From the NCBI GenBank assembly GCA_038883855.1, contig JAVZLH010000012.1, positions 1-34,231 on the forward strand: a DNA stretch of 34,231 bases. Direction: 5' to 3'. Positions 10,690 through 19,528 of this stretch are shown piece by piece (position 1 is the stretch's first letter; every line of letters begins with the position of its first letter). The position numbers and the translations under genes are program-made. The stretch comes from Candidatus Bathyarchaeia archaeon (lineage in GTDB: Archaea > Thermoproteota > Bathyarchaeia > Bathyarchaeales > Bathycorpusculaceae). Under the pieces are notes generated by a model, which saw only the letters and a program-made list of their open reading frames with translations, was not told the origin of the DNA and did no database searches.

Positions 10690-12036
10690 TCATCTTCCAA
10701 TACTATTTTTTAAAAGCTTCACCGCTTCTTCAAGGCTGTTAAAGCCGTACTCTATTTTGTTAAACTGTTTTTTGAAGGCTATTACCTCTTCTTTAACTTC
10801 CTGTGGTTTACGCGTCCCTTTAATAACTTTCAACATTAAATCACATAGATATTTAATATCGCCTTCTTTGAAACCTCTTCTTGTCACATCTTGAAAACCT
10901 ATCCTAATGCCCGATGGGTTGCCGCGGTTGTTCTGATCGTCGTAAGGCAAGAGGTTCCTGTTCAAAATTATGTTTGCTTCCTCCAAGTCCTGAGCAACCT
11001 TTTTCCCGCCTCCGTACTCGCGGACATCTACGGCTAGTTGATGGGACATTGTAAAGCCTTTGTGTTCGCCGAGAACTTTAACGCCATGTTCGTAAAGGTA
11101 TTGACCAGCAACTTGAGCATTTCGAACAGTTTGTTTTGCTAGTTCTGCGCCGAAAAGTTTCAGTTCAAGAGCTGCAACTCCAAGGGCTGGCAGTCTGGCT
11201 AAATGTGTATTGGAAGTGCTTAACGGAAATACAGCGTGCTGAACCCATTTTATAGCGTCTTCCATTCTACCGTTTTTAGCCTCCGCAAGTATAAGGCCAC
11301 CTTGTGGACCAGGAAACGTTTTGTGTGTTGAGGCTGTAACGAAATCTGCGCCTTCTCTGAGGGGGTCTTGAAAGATTCCGCCAGCTATGAGCCCTAGAAC
11401 ATGGGCTGCGTCATAAACTATGTAGGCACCAACTTCTTCGGCTACACTTCTTAATTCCTTGATCGGGTGGGGGAAGAGAAAAAGGCTTCCGCCAAAAGTA
11501 ACTATCCCAGGTTTGGCTGCCCTTATTATTTGCGCAGATTTATTCACATCTATCGTCATCTCTTTCGCATCGTAGGCGTGGTCTATTATTTCTAAGCCTA
11601 AAACTCTGCCCGCCAAACCAGTATAATCATGAGATATGTGGGCGCCGCAGCTTAACGGTGTCGCAACCATCTTCCTGTTTTTAGTCGCCAAAGAAAGCCC
11701 TTTAAAAGTAGCCAAGTTCGCGTGTGTGCCTGAAACCAAACGGATGTCAGTCCAACTGCACTTAAACAAGTTTTTGATTATGTCCGCCGCGCAATTCTCA
11801 ATTTTTGTTATGTACTTTTGACCTTGATAGTAACGCACTTTAACATGACCTTGAAGGTCATTTTCTCCTTCGGCATAACGGCTTTCCAAATCCATGCAAA
11901 GCCTAAGCATTTCTTTAACTGCTGGCGATTTGATGCCCTCACTCGCTATGAGATTTATACATTCAACATCGCGATAGTATTCGTGGGCTTGGCTGGCTTC
12001 GATTAACTCAAGAGTTAAATTCAATATCTCTTCCAT
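10690..12036 (-). CDS. glyA: Serine hydroxymethyltransferase
   Basis: NLIASE, RYAEG, YYQG, HISH, YDAAHVLG, STHKTFPGPQGG (PLP Lys). Confidence 0.92.
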   Translation of the reverse strand: MEEILNLTLELIEASQAHEYYRDVECINLIASEGIKSPAVKEMLRLCMDLESRYAEGENDLQGHVKVRYYQGQKYITKIENCAADIIKNLFKCSWTDIRLVSGTHANLATFKGLSLATKNRKMVATPLSCGAHISHDYTGLAGRVLGLEIIDHAYDAKEMTIDVNKSAQIIRAAKPGIVTFGGSLFLFPHPIKELRSVAEEVGAYIVYDAAHVLGLIAGGIFQDPLREGADFVTASTHKTFPGPQGGLILAEAKNGRMEDAIKWVQHAVFPLSTSNTHLARLPALGVAALELKLFGAELAKQTVRNAQVAGQYLYEHGVKVLGEHKGFTMSHQLAVDVREYGGGKKVAQDLEEANIILNRNLLPYDDQNNRGNPSGIRIGFQDVTRRGFKEGDIKYLCDLMLKVIKGTRKPQEVKEEVIAFKKQFNKIEYGFNSLEEAVKLLKNSIGR

Positions 12037-12167
12037 CTTCCAACCACCTCAGCATTCATGTAATCCCTTTTTGTAAATAAAAAGCCATATTTATACTTGC
12101 GGTTTTAGCGGTTGCAAGCATCACGGCAGGAGTTGTCTAATACAACAGAAGAGTTATGCGCCAAAAG

Positions 12168-12192
12168 TGATGCGTCCGCCGGAATTTAAACC
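12168..12192 (-). repeat. Degenerate copy of the tRNA-Gly 3' end (candidate distal att site)
   Basis: tgatgcgtccgccggaatttaaacc matches 15268-15292 tggtgcggtcgccgggatttgaacc at 20/25, ungapped, same orientation. Confidence 0.6.
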
Positions 12193-12290
12193 GTAACAAC
12201 AACGGATGGAGATATATTCCGCAAAATTTCCTCTTTTCTTTTTCGGGTTTGACGGGGGTATATTTTTCCGTTGGAGTATGTATGCTGCTG

Positions 12291-12420
12291 ATTGGCGCTG
12301 ATTTTCTGCGGAGCAGGCTTTCTTCTGAACAGTTTGAGGAGTTGTGTTGGCGTTGGGCATGTGCCTAGAATGCGGCGGCTCACCAGTCAATGTGGATGGC
12401 GAGATTGCATGCACAAAACT
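12291..12420 (+). pseudogene. Remnant of a TFIIB-type Zn-ribbon protein
   Basis: Manual translation: DFLRSRLSSEQFEELCWR / GMCLECGGSPVNVDGEIACTK; frameshifted and lacking the fourth Cys. Confidence 0.35.
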
Positions 12421-12453
12421 CCTAAAGATACGGAAACGGGAATCAGAAAAGCG

Positions 12454-14394
12454 TTAACAAAAATCGAGTTCATCTGCCACATCTTTTAACCCAAGCTCTT
12501 CTAATTTAGCTCTTGTGGGCCAGCCAGTATCCTTATTCCAACCCCTTCGCTCGTAGTACTTATCTTTTAGTGCTTCGAGCTTTTCTTTATCTATCGGTCC
12601 ATACCAATGATTTCCTAAATGCCAACTTTCTTCTCCCCAATATCTGTGCTTAAACTTGTAGTCGTATATAGCGTCATCCTCTCTTGTTCTGTTTTCTCTT
12701 TTTATTTGTATCGCCCTCTCCAAGTTGTAGATCATCTCGCCAGCTGACAACAGCTCTTTCTCAGTTATGTCTATCCCTGTAACGGCTGAATATAACTTGC
12801 TTTCTAAAGAAGCGTCTCCTACACCGTCTCTCTTTACAGAGTAAAGGATAGGAAAAGCATAATCACACAGGGGTAGGGAGTTCTTTATGCGCTGGCGGTG
12901 TTGAGTTATTATGACTGCGATCTCCGAATCTTCATAGACGGTATTAGCCGGGTCCTTGAGGAGGGAGTGAGCTGGTTTCTCGGTGCCAAATGCATATTTA
13001 GATATCTCAGGACGCCCAATTATCTGAGAATAGTCGTGACACGAATCAAATGGATCTCTCGTTTCAAACATCCAATGGAGCACACCGGGTACAGCGTCCA
13101 TCCAATGACTAACGTAACCTCTAGCTCCATAGAGTTCCTTAAGTACCTCCCATGATTCTTTTCCGAATTGTTCAGCTGCCCTTGCAACCCCGTCAGCGAA
13201 GGGACTTTTCTTGTAAGCAACCCCGTAAAACAACGCTGTCAAAAATTCATGATCTGTGGCTTTGCCTCCTAACCATTCAGGGGTGGGTAGACCCGTATCT
13301 TTTTCCGTTAAAATTCCTTTTTTATAACAGTGCCATATCCAGCCTGTAAGGCCCCAAAGTATATCAAAGTTATTTATGCCGAGCTTCTGGCTAAGTATGG
13401 CTGCTTCCCATGTTGGCTTCTCTGTGACGGCGGGAGCTGTAGGCTTATCTTCTCCCAGATAGTACGACGTGTCTCCAGGCTCCCCGGGTCCTCTAGATCC
13501 ACATTCGGCATAAGCCCAGTCTGAACACATAGCAGCCCCTCTTCCAATTCCTGGAACATCGATAACCGCTTCACAGCATAGTGGGCATCCGAAGCATCCG
13601 TTTGGTTTCTTCCAGTATTTCTTTAGCTTATCGCCCGTCCTCTTGCCAGCTTCAAAATATAGGAGACCATCTCCTTTTGAAGCCAGCGTAGCAAACATTC
13701 CATAACCCACTTCTTCATCGATATACTTAACTAGCTTTAATAATTCATCAGGTCTTGCTACATTAATACAACCTGTTCCTCTGACAGCAATGGCTTTTAG
13801 ATTCTTTGAGCCCATAACGGCACCGAATCCTGCCCCACCAGAGGCGTGTGAAGTCTCAGTCAAAATAATCGCGGTCCGAGACAAATTTTCTCCAGCTGGT
13901 CCAATACAAGCCACTGAGGCGCCCGGCTCAAGCTCACTTATAACTTTCTGCGTCTCAAACGTATCCAAGCCCCATAAGTCGCTCGCATCCTTAATCTCCA
14001 CGTCATCATCGTGTATTGATAAATAGACAGGCTTGTCCGCTTTTCCAAGGATAACCATTGCGTCATGTCCGGTATACTTGAATGCCCCAGGCCATGTTCC
14101 TCCGAAACTGGAGTACGTATAAAGTTCCTTTGGATGGGTGAAAGGCGATATACTGCAAATTTCCGCTCTTCCGGTACCGGGTGCGAGAGTGCCCGTTAGC
14201 GGACCTGTTGAAATTATGAGCGGGTTGGCGGGATCAAAGGCATTTACCTTCGGACATCCTAGGTCCCAGAAAATCTTTGCGTTTAAACCTTGCCCTCCAA
14301 TGAATTTTGGCACGTATTTCGTCGTGTCTTCTGTGGTTATTCTCCTATTTGTCAAGTCCACCCAAAGTATTTTTCCAACCCAACCATACAACAT
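12454..14394 (-). CDS. aor: Tungsten-dependent aldehyde:ferredoxin oxidoreductase family protein
   Basis: YGWVGKILWVDLT, STGPLTGT, CIGPAGENL, GFGAVMGSKNLKAIAV, CFGCPLCC, YYERRGW...GWPT. Confidence 0.9.
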   Translation of the reverse strand: MLYGWVGKILWVDLTNRRITTEDTTKYVPKFIGGQGLNAKIFWDLGCPKVNAFDPANPLIISTGPLTGTLAPGTGRAEICSISPFTHPKELYTYSSFGGTWPGAFKYTGHDAMVILGKADKPVYLSIHDDDVEIKDASDLWGLDTFETQKVISELEPGASVACIGPAGENLSRTAIILTETSHASGGAGFGAVMGSKNLKAIAVRGTGCINVARPDELLKLVKYIDEEVGYGMFATLASKGDGLLYFEAGKRTGDKLKKYWKKPNGCFGCPLCCEAVIDVPGIGRGAAMCSDWAYAECGSRGPGEPGDTSYYLGEDKPTAPAVTEKPTWEAAILSQKLGINNFDILWGLTGWIWHCYKKGILTEKDTGLPTPEWLGGKATDHEFLTALFYGVAYKKSPFADGVARAAEQFGKESWEVLKELYGARGYVSHWMDAVPGVLHWMFETRDPFDSCHDYSQIIGRPEISKYAFGTEKPAHSLLKDPANTVYEDSEIAVIITQHRQRIKNSLPLCDYAFPILYSVKRDGVGDASLESKLYSAVTGIDITEKELLSAGEMIYNLERAIQIKRENRTREDDAIYDYKFKHRYWGEESWHLGNHWYGPIDKEKLEALKDKYYERRGWNKDTGWPTRAKLEELGLKDVADELDFC

Positions 14395-14400
14395 GTTGTC

Positions 14401-14868
14401 TCACCGTCCACCGACTTTGACATATTCTATCGACCTCGTCGGGCAATATTTTACGCATTGCGGGTCTCCTCCGCATAGGTCGCAATTAAACGCCTTCTTC
14501 TTCTCTTCATTGAAGAACATCACTCCGAATGGACATGCGTCCACACACAACTTGCAACCTGTGCACTTGTCTTTGTCGACTATTCTCGCACCTGTTTTTG
14601 GGTCGGCATATATGGATCCAATTGGGCATACGACCATGCAATCAGGAGCAAGGCACTGTCTACAAACTTCCACAGAGGATTCTAAAACAAATTCCTTCTT
14701 AACTATACGTATACTAGCCAGCGATGGGCTGAATACACCATAGTGAGACAATGAACAGATAAGTACGCATCTCTCACATCCTGTACACAACTCAGGCTTA
14801 ACCTCTAACTTATACTTTGGCCTAGGTATTCTTTCAATAACAGCGATCTCTTTTGCCATTACTATCAA
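14401..14868 (-). CDS. 4Fe-4S dicluster electron-transfer protein (AOR partner subunit)
   Basis: Four Cys clusters: CTGCERC..C, CRQC..PDC..VCP, CTGCKLC..ACP, CDLC..PQC..YCP. Confidence 0.9.
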   Translation of the reverse strand: MIVMAKEIAVIERIPRPKYKLEVKPELCTGCERCVLICSLSHYGVFSPSLASIRIVKKEFVLESSVEVCRQCLAPDCMVVCPIGSIYADPKTGARIVDKDKCTGCKLCVDACPFGVMFFNEEKKKAFNCDLCGGDPQCVKYCPTRSIEYVKVGGR

Positions 14869-15057
14869 CTACCAATCTCGTGCGAAAAAGGTTTTCCACG
14901 ATTCTTATATAAATATTTGTGCACAATTCGATTATAATTTGCAAAACAAGAAATACCGGTATGCACGCGTAATAGGATTGAAGAAAAACCTCGCTTAGAG
15001 TTCATACTTTTGGGACAACAATAATGGTTTTAGTTGACCATATAACGGGCTTCTTAA

Positions 15058-15244
15058 TTGAGGGCTGGGCATAGAAACATCAAGAACACGCTTGTTTACA
15101 CTCAGCTGATTAATTGTGACGCCGAAGACGAGTATGTCTGCAAGGTTGCCAAAAACCGTTGAGCAAACGGCTGAGCTAATCGAAGCAGGCTTTGAATATG
15201 TATGCGAAATCGACGGCGTTAAGCTGTTTAGGAAACGTAAGTAG
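15058..15244 (+). pseudogene. Tyrosine recombinase/integrase C-terminal remnant, frameshifted
   Basis: GHRNIKNTLVYTQL (box II His and catalytic Tyr)...CKVAK / TVEQTAELIEAGFEYVCEIDGVKLFRKRK*; homologous to the remnant at 29380-29565. Confidence 0.8.
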
Positions 15245-15267
15245 GTGCTGATGATTTATGCTAGTGA

Positions 15268-15345
15268 TGGTGCGGTCGCCGGGATTTGAACCCGGGTCGT
15301 CAGCGTGGCAGGCTGATGTCCTAGACCAGGCTAGACTACGACCGC
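15268..15345 (-). tRNA. tRNA-Gly(GCC), CCA encoded
   Basis: GCGGTCG acceptor stem, anticodon arm TCAGC-CTGCCAC-GCTGA, T-arm GGTTCAAATCC. Confidence 0.97.
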
Positions 15346-15795
15346 TGTGATATTAACTCCACCATTTTGTGCTTGTCTTTTTTTCCTAAAAAGCGTTGCG
15401 TTTAAAGGTTTGCCAAGCACTCTTTTAAGTCTTCAAACGCTTCGTAATGTGTAATGCCCGAGCGGAGGTTTCCACGGGTTTGAGGTTTTATAGTTTGCAC
15501 ATGCATATTGTTTTTGCCTTTAAGCTTGGTGGAGAAAAACTCCATGCATGTTCCAGCTGAAAGAACCAGTAAATAAGTTATTAATACACCGCGTTTTTAA
15601 TGTCTTCAAAATCTCTCTTTTAAAACCATGATGGGAACTTTATCCTATCGGTTGAAATGAAGACTTTCTTTTCAGCATTATTTTGAAGTTTGAATTTGCA
15701 ATTCCAATTATTTTAGGAGAAAAGTATTTACGAATTGAACTAAATACTTTGGTTCCCTCTAGGCAATAAAACATCAAAAAAGGAAAGCTTGCTGA

Positions 15796-17040
15796 TTGGG
15801 TCTCCTCGATCCGTCAACTGCAATCGTAATCGCGTTCTGTCTTTTAGGTTTGATGCTATATAAACGGGTGAAACTGGGAATAACTTTAAACGCCACAGCC
15901 TTGGTTTTGGCGCTGCTTTCCCTAGAATGGCAGCAAATACCCTCCGTGATTTACGACACAACCGTCAGTCTACTTACAATCGCCATCGTGCTTGCCACCT
16001 TCGCTATAATGTTTCTAAGCCAACTATACAAGGAAACTGGGTACATTGAACGCCTAAGCACAAGCCTAAGTAAATTATTGAAAAGCCCAAAAATAGTTCT
16101 CAGTTTGCTTCCAGCCATAATAGGGTTTCTCCCGGTCGCTGGCGGCGCGTTAATGTCCGCGCCCATCGTGGATATTGAAGGGGAGAAGTTAAAGCTTAAA
16201 CCAGATAAGAAATCTTATGTAAATATATGGTTTAGGCACACAATATTTCCAATTTATCCCGTAAGCCAACTGCCCATAGTGGCATCCGCTTTTTTGCGTG
16301 TTCCGATTTACATACTTATTTTACGCCAAATCCCCGTGGTTATTGTGATGGTGACAGTTGGGTATTTTTTTAGCTTCTGGAGAGTTTCAAAAGTTCAAAG
16401 CAAAGAAAACTCGGATGTTGACGCTAACTTAAATTCAAATCTTAAAAGTTTTCTAATATCCTTCCTACCGATACTAACGACAATACTTGTGGTTGTTTTT
16501 TTCGGAATAGTTAACGTAGGCTTACCTGAACAGAACCTACCCGTGCTTATAGCAACATTAGTGGGAATCGCTGTTCTGATAGCCATTTCAAGGGCTAGTC
16601 TTCACGCCATTGCTGAACCGTTAAAAAATTGGGCTGTTTACGATGTGACACTAGCGGCTTACGGCGCCTTTCTACTAAGAAATACTATTATTGCGTCTGG
16701 AATAAACAATATCTTTCAAGAGCTTATAGCGAGTGGCAGCCTTGACATCACATATATCGTAGTGGTTGTTCCAATAATGTTGGGTTTCTTGACAGGTTCG
16801 CCTTTAACAGGTATATCCATAAGCGCTCCACTTTTACCTCCAAACATGATTTCATTGCCCAATGCAGCGGCGATGATTTACATAGGCGCGTTCTTGGGTT
16901 ATGTTATTGCGCCAACCCACCTCTGCTTCGCGTTCACAGCAGATTATTTCAAGTCTCCGATAGAAAAAATATACAAGTACCTTATTCCCTCGTTCCTAAT
17001 AACCATCGCGGCTGCCCTCGTAATCTATTTTAAGATATAA
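15796..17040 (+). CDS. DUF401-family membrane protein (putative transporter)
   Basis: About 12 hydrophobic segments; PVAGGALMSAP, NIWFRH, PTHLC. Confidence 0.75.
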   Translation: MGLLDPSTAIVIAFCLLGLMLYKRVKLGITLNATALVLALLSLEWQQIPSVIYDTTVSLLTIAIVLATFAIMFLSQLYKETGYIERLSTSLSKLLKSPKIVLSLLPAIIGFLPVAGGALMSAPIVDIEGEKLKLKPDKKSYVNIWFRHTIFPIYPVSQLPIVASAFLRVPIYILILRQIPVVIVMVTVGYFFSFWRVSKVQSKENSDVDANLNSNLKSFLISFLPILTTILVVVFFGIVNVGLPEQNLPVLIATLVGIAVLIAISRASLHAIAEPLKNWAVYDVTLAAYGAFLLRNTIIASGINNIFQELIASGSLDITYIVVVVPIMLGFLTGSPLTGISISAPLLPPNMISLPNAAAMIYIGAFLGYVIAPTHLCFAFTADYFKSPIEKIYKYLIPSFLITIAAALVIYFKI

Positions 17041-17102
17041 CTGGAGATTATTGCTGGGAACTGAAGTCAAAGGAACCGCAATAAGGAACTGGAGTTGCGT
17101 AT

Positions 17103-17789
17103 GTGAGCAAAACAAGCAAGTTCTTGGAAGGATTCAAAGCCACAGCACCATTGTCTTTGGGAATAGCTTCCTTTGGAATAGCCTATGGGATTCTAGCCAG
17201 AAAAGCCGGCCTCTCCATTTTCACTTTAACGCTAATGTCTCTTTTAGTGTTTGCTGGAACCGCCCAGTTCTTGACAATCTCGATGCTTATAACCGGCACC
17301 CCGTTCATAATTATTCTCTTCACAACGTTCATTGTGAACTCCAGATATTTCTTAATGGGTGCCTCAATCGGGTCATACACTCGCAAATGGGGAACGAGAT
17401 GGCAAATTCTTCTATCCTTCTTGCTGTGCGACGAATCATACGCGTTAACCACCGCCTATTTCTCAAAAAATGGCCCAGACAAATACTATCAGCTGGGAGT
17501 CAGTTTAGGGCTATACATAGAATGGGCATTGTTCAGCGTGATTGGAGGGTTAATGGGGTCGTTTTTGGGCAACCCTCAAACTTGGGGATTGGATTTTGCT
17601 CTCCCAGCAACTTTTATTGTTCTACTCGTGCCCATGATAACAACTTGGAAACACGTCACGGTATGCCTTGCCACCGCGGTTTTCTCTACTGTAGGTTTAT
17701 TATTTTTGCCGACAAAATGGTATATTCCATTTGCCACTGTTCTCGGAACAGTTGTTGGAGGAATACTTGAATTTTGGAAACGGAAATAA
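17103..17789 (+). CDS. azlC: AzlC-family branched-chain amino acid exporter permease
   Basis: MSLLVFAGTAQF, VNSRY, LCDESYA, GLDFALPATF. Confidence 0.88.
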   Translation: MSKTSKFLEGFKATAPLSLGIASFGIAYGILARKAGLSIFTLTLMSLLVFAGTAQFLTISMLITGTPFIIILFTTFIVNSRYFLMGASIGSYTRKWGTRWQILLSFLLCDESYALTTAYFSKNGPDKYYQLGVSLGLYIEWALFSVIGGLMGSFLGNPQTWGLDFALPATFIVLLVPMITTWKHVTVCLATAVFSTVGLLFLPTKWYIPFATVLGTVVGGILEFWKRK

Positions 17790-18100
17790 TCGGATTGATT
17801 ATGGAGATAGCGGCTTTAACGTTTTTTACAAAGTTTGCCTTAGCAGTTATACTCAAAAAAGTCGAGATCTCAGAGAGTTGGAATAAGCGGCTGGCGCATA
17901 TTCCAATTGCAGTTTTTACAACATTTATCGTTCCCAGCTTGCTTGCGCCAAACGAGGTGTTTGAATTATCTGTTCAAAACGAGTATTTGATAGCTGGAAT
18001 CGTCGCATTTTTGGCTGCATACAAGACAAAAAACCTAGCTGGAACCGTGATAATCGGCATTTCAACCGTTTTATTGCTACGAATGTTATTTGGCTTTTAA
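17774..18100 (+). CDS. azlD: AzlD-family small membrane protein
   Basis: 108 aa hydrophobic ORF overlapping the azlC end; IPIAVFTTFIVP. Confidence 0.8.
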   Translation: METEIIGLIMEIAALTFFTKFALAVILKKVEISESWNKRLAHIPIAVFTTFIVPSLLAPNEVFELSVQNEYLIAGIVAFLAAYKTKNLAGTVIIGISTVLLLRMLFGF

Positions 18101-18274
18101 CTACACGTGCACATTTGGCGAAGCGGCTAGTATGCGTTTTGTTTAGAATTTGATGGGTGGCTTGCGCTTTTATTTTGGTATTATTAGAAAAGGCATCCTC
18201 AAAGTTCTTTAGAGCTTTTGCAATGAACGTATCTGCAGAATTACTTGTTTGTCAGTTAAACTCAAAAATATGCA

Positions 18275-18961
18275 TTATACCCTAATCAATATCCTTGATG
18301 TTAATCCAAAATAAGGTATCTTAACGGACTTGAAGAGTAGCAGTTTGTTTGCAACCATTAACGTCAAGTCATAAAAAGTATCAACTTTAATGAAATTGCC
18401 GGGAAACTTCTCGCGCAAACATTTTTCCCATTCTGATGGAAATTTAACACTAATATGCGTTTTATCGCAATCTTTCATAACGCTCCTAATCGGTTTCTCC
18501 ACGGCTTTATTAGGTGTTGTGCAAAGGAGGACACCCTTACACAAACTAATCATGTTCTCAATCGCCTTCAAGGGATTTTCAAGGTGTTCCAAAACATCGA
18601 AGCACGTTATCAAATCGAAGGCCGCCTTAAATGGAAGCCCAGCCTGTGCATCACAGACTATGAAGTTTCCAGTGCAACTTACGCAATTTGCCTTTGCTCT
18701 CCGTATGGCATGCCTTGATATATCTGCTCCGTAAGTTTTGTAACCTAATGACTCTAAAATGTTGATGGAATACCCATAGGCACACCCAATATCCAAAGCT
18801 GTTTTACCCAGCCCGTTCAAAAGATTCTGACGTGAAACCTTTGAACCCCACCTAATAAGTTCAAGAACATGCCGTCTAACAAGTTCCCCCCTCTGAGAAT
18901 ATTTTACACTTCGAAAATATTCTTCCTCAAATCGCAAATGCCATTCCTGATCTTCCAACAT
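18275..18961 (-). CDS. Class I SAM-dependent methyltransferase
   Basis: ALDIGCAYG, GADIS, FDLITCFDVLEHL. Confidence 0.88.
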   Translation of the reverse strand: MLEDQEWHLRFEEEYFRSVKYSQRGELVRRHVLELIRWGSKVSRQNLLNGLGKTALDIGCAYGYSINILESLGYKTYGADISRHAIRRAKANCVSCTGNFIVCDAQAGLPFKAAFDLITCFDVLEHLENPLKAIENMISLCKGVLLCTTPNKAVEKPIRSVMKDCDKTHISVKFPSEWEKCLREKFPGNFIKVDTFYDLTLMVANKLLLFKSVKIPYFGLTSRILIRV

Positions 18962-19204
18962 TCGTGTAAGTTATAGCGTTCTCCAGTTAAAATACTTTGG
19001 TTTAAGGTAGAAATTTGCCTTTTAGAAAGAAAGTCGAGCGCCGATACTGGCCTTCATTTTTCTTGGAATCTGGTTTTTGATGCAATGGATTCTTGGAATG
19101 TATGACATAATATTTTTTGCCAAAAGCTTACATGGTTATTGCAAGAAGTCATTTATGCTTTTAATCAATTTTTATAATCTTATCTTTGTAAAATTAAAAT
19201 TTTT

Positions 19205-19221
19205 TACACCTTATAGGTGTA
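19205..19221. promoter_or_regulatory. Perfect 7-3-7 inverted repeat, operator candidate
   Basis: TACACCT-TAT-AGGTGTA in an AT-rich intergenic region upstream of the RACo gene. Confidence 0.4.
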
Positions 19222-19528
19222 GTATGAAGCGAATTGGAAGGCGGTAGACAATATGTGAAAGCTTAACCAGAAATGAAATTGATGGATCAAGTCGTATGTT
19301 GAGGACTAGGTGTCTGTCTACAAAGTAAAAAACATTTATGCAGCAAAGCAAGAATTACTAAAAATTGAAGAGATGTAAACGGAAGTCTCTAAAAACGAGT
19401 GTAGAATAAAAATTGCGGAAAGAATGGGTGAACTGGACAAGTGCCATTCCTGCCGACGACACCCTTTAGGCAATTTATAGCTGGCTTTATAGGAGACAAT
19501 TAAAGTGAAATTTAAAAATGGGTATAAC

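Larger units (their letters stand above)
12168..15292. mobile_element. Decayed ~3.1 kb integrative element at tRNA-Gly carrying AOR and a 4Fe-4S protein
   Basis: Flanking degenerate direct repeats; integrase remnant next to the tRNA. Confidence 0.55.

Noticed and set aside
15400-15640. Minus-strand frame ending ..HYEAFEDLKECLANL*
   Set aside because: No credible start and no recognisable family.
17051-17770. 239-aa ORF overlapping azlC
   Set aside because: Alternate frame of the clear AzlC gene; composition is not protein-like.
19230-19500. Possible cobalamin riboswitch upstream of the RACo gene
   Set aside because: Conserved GGGAA, GCCACTG and B12-box elements are not present in the right order.
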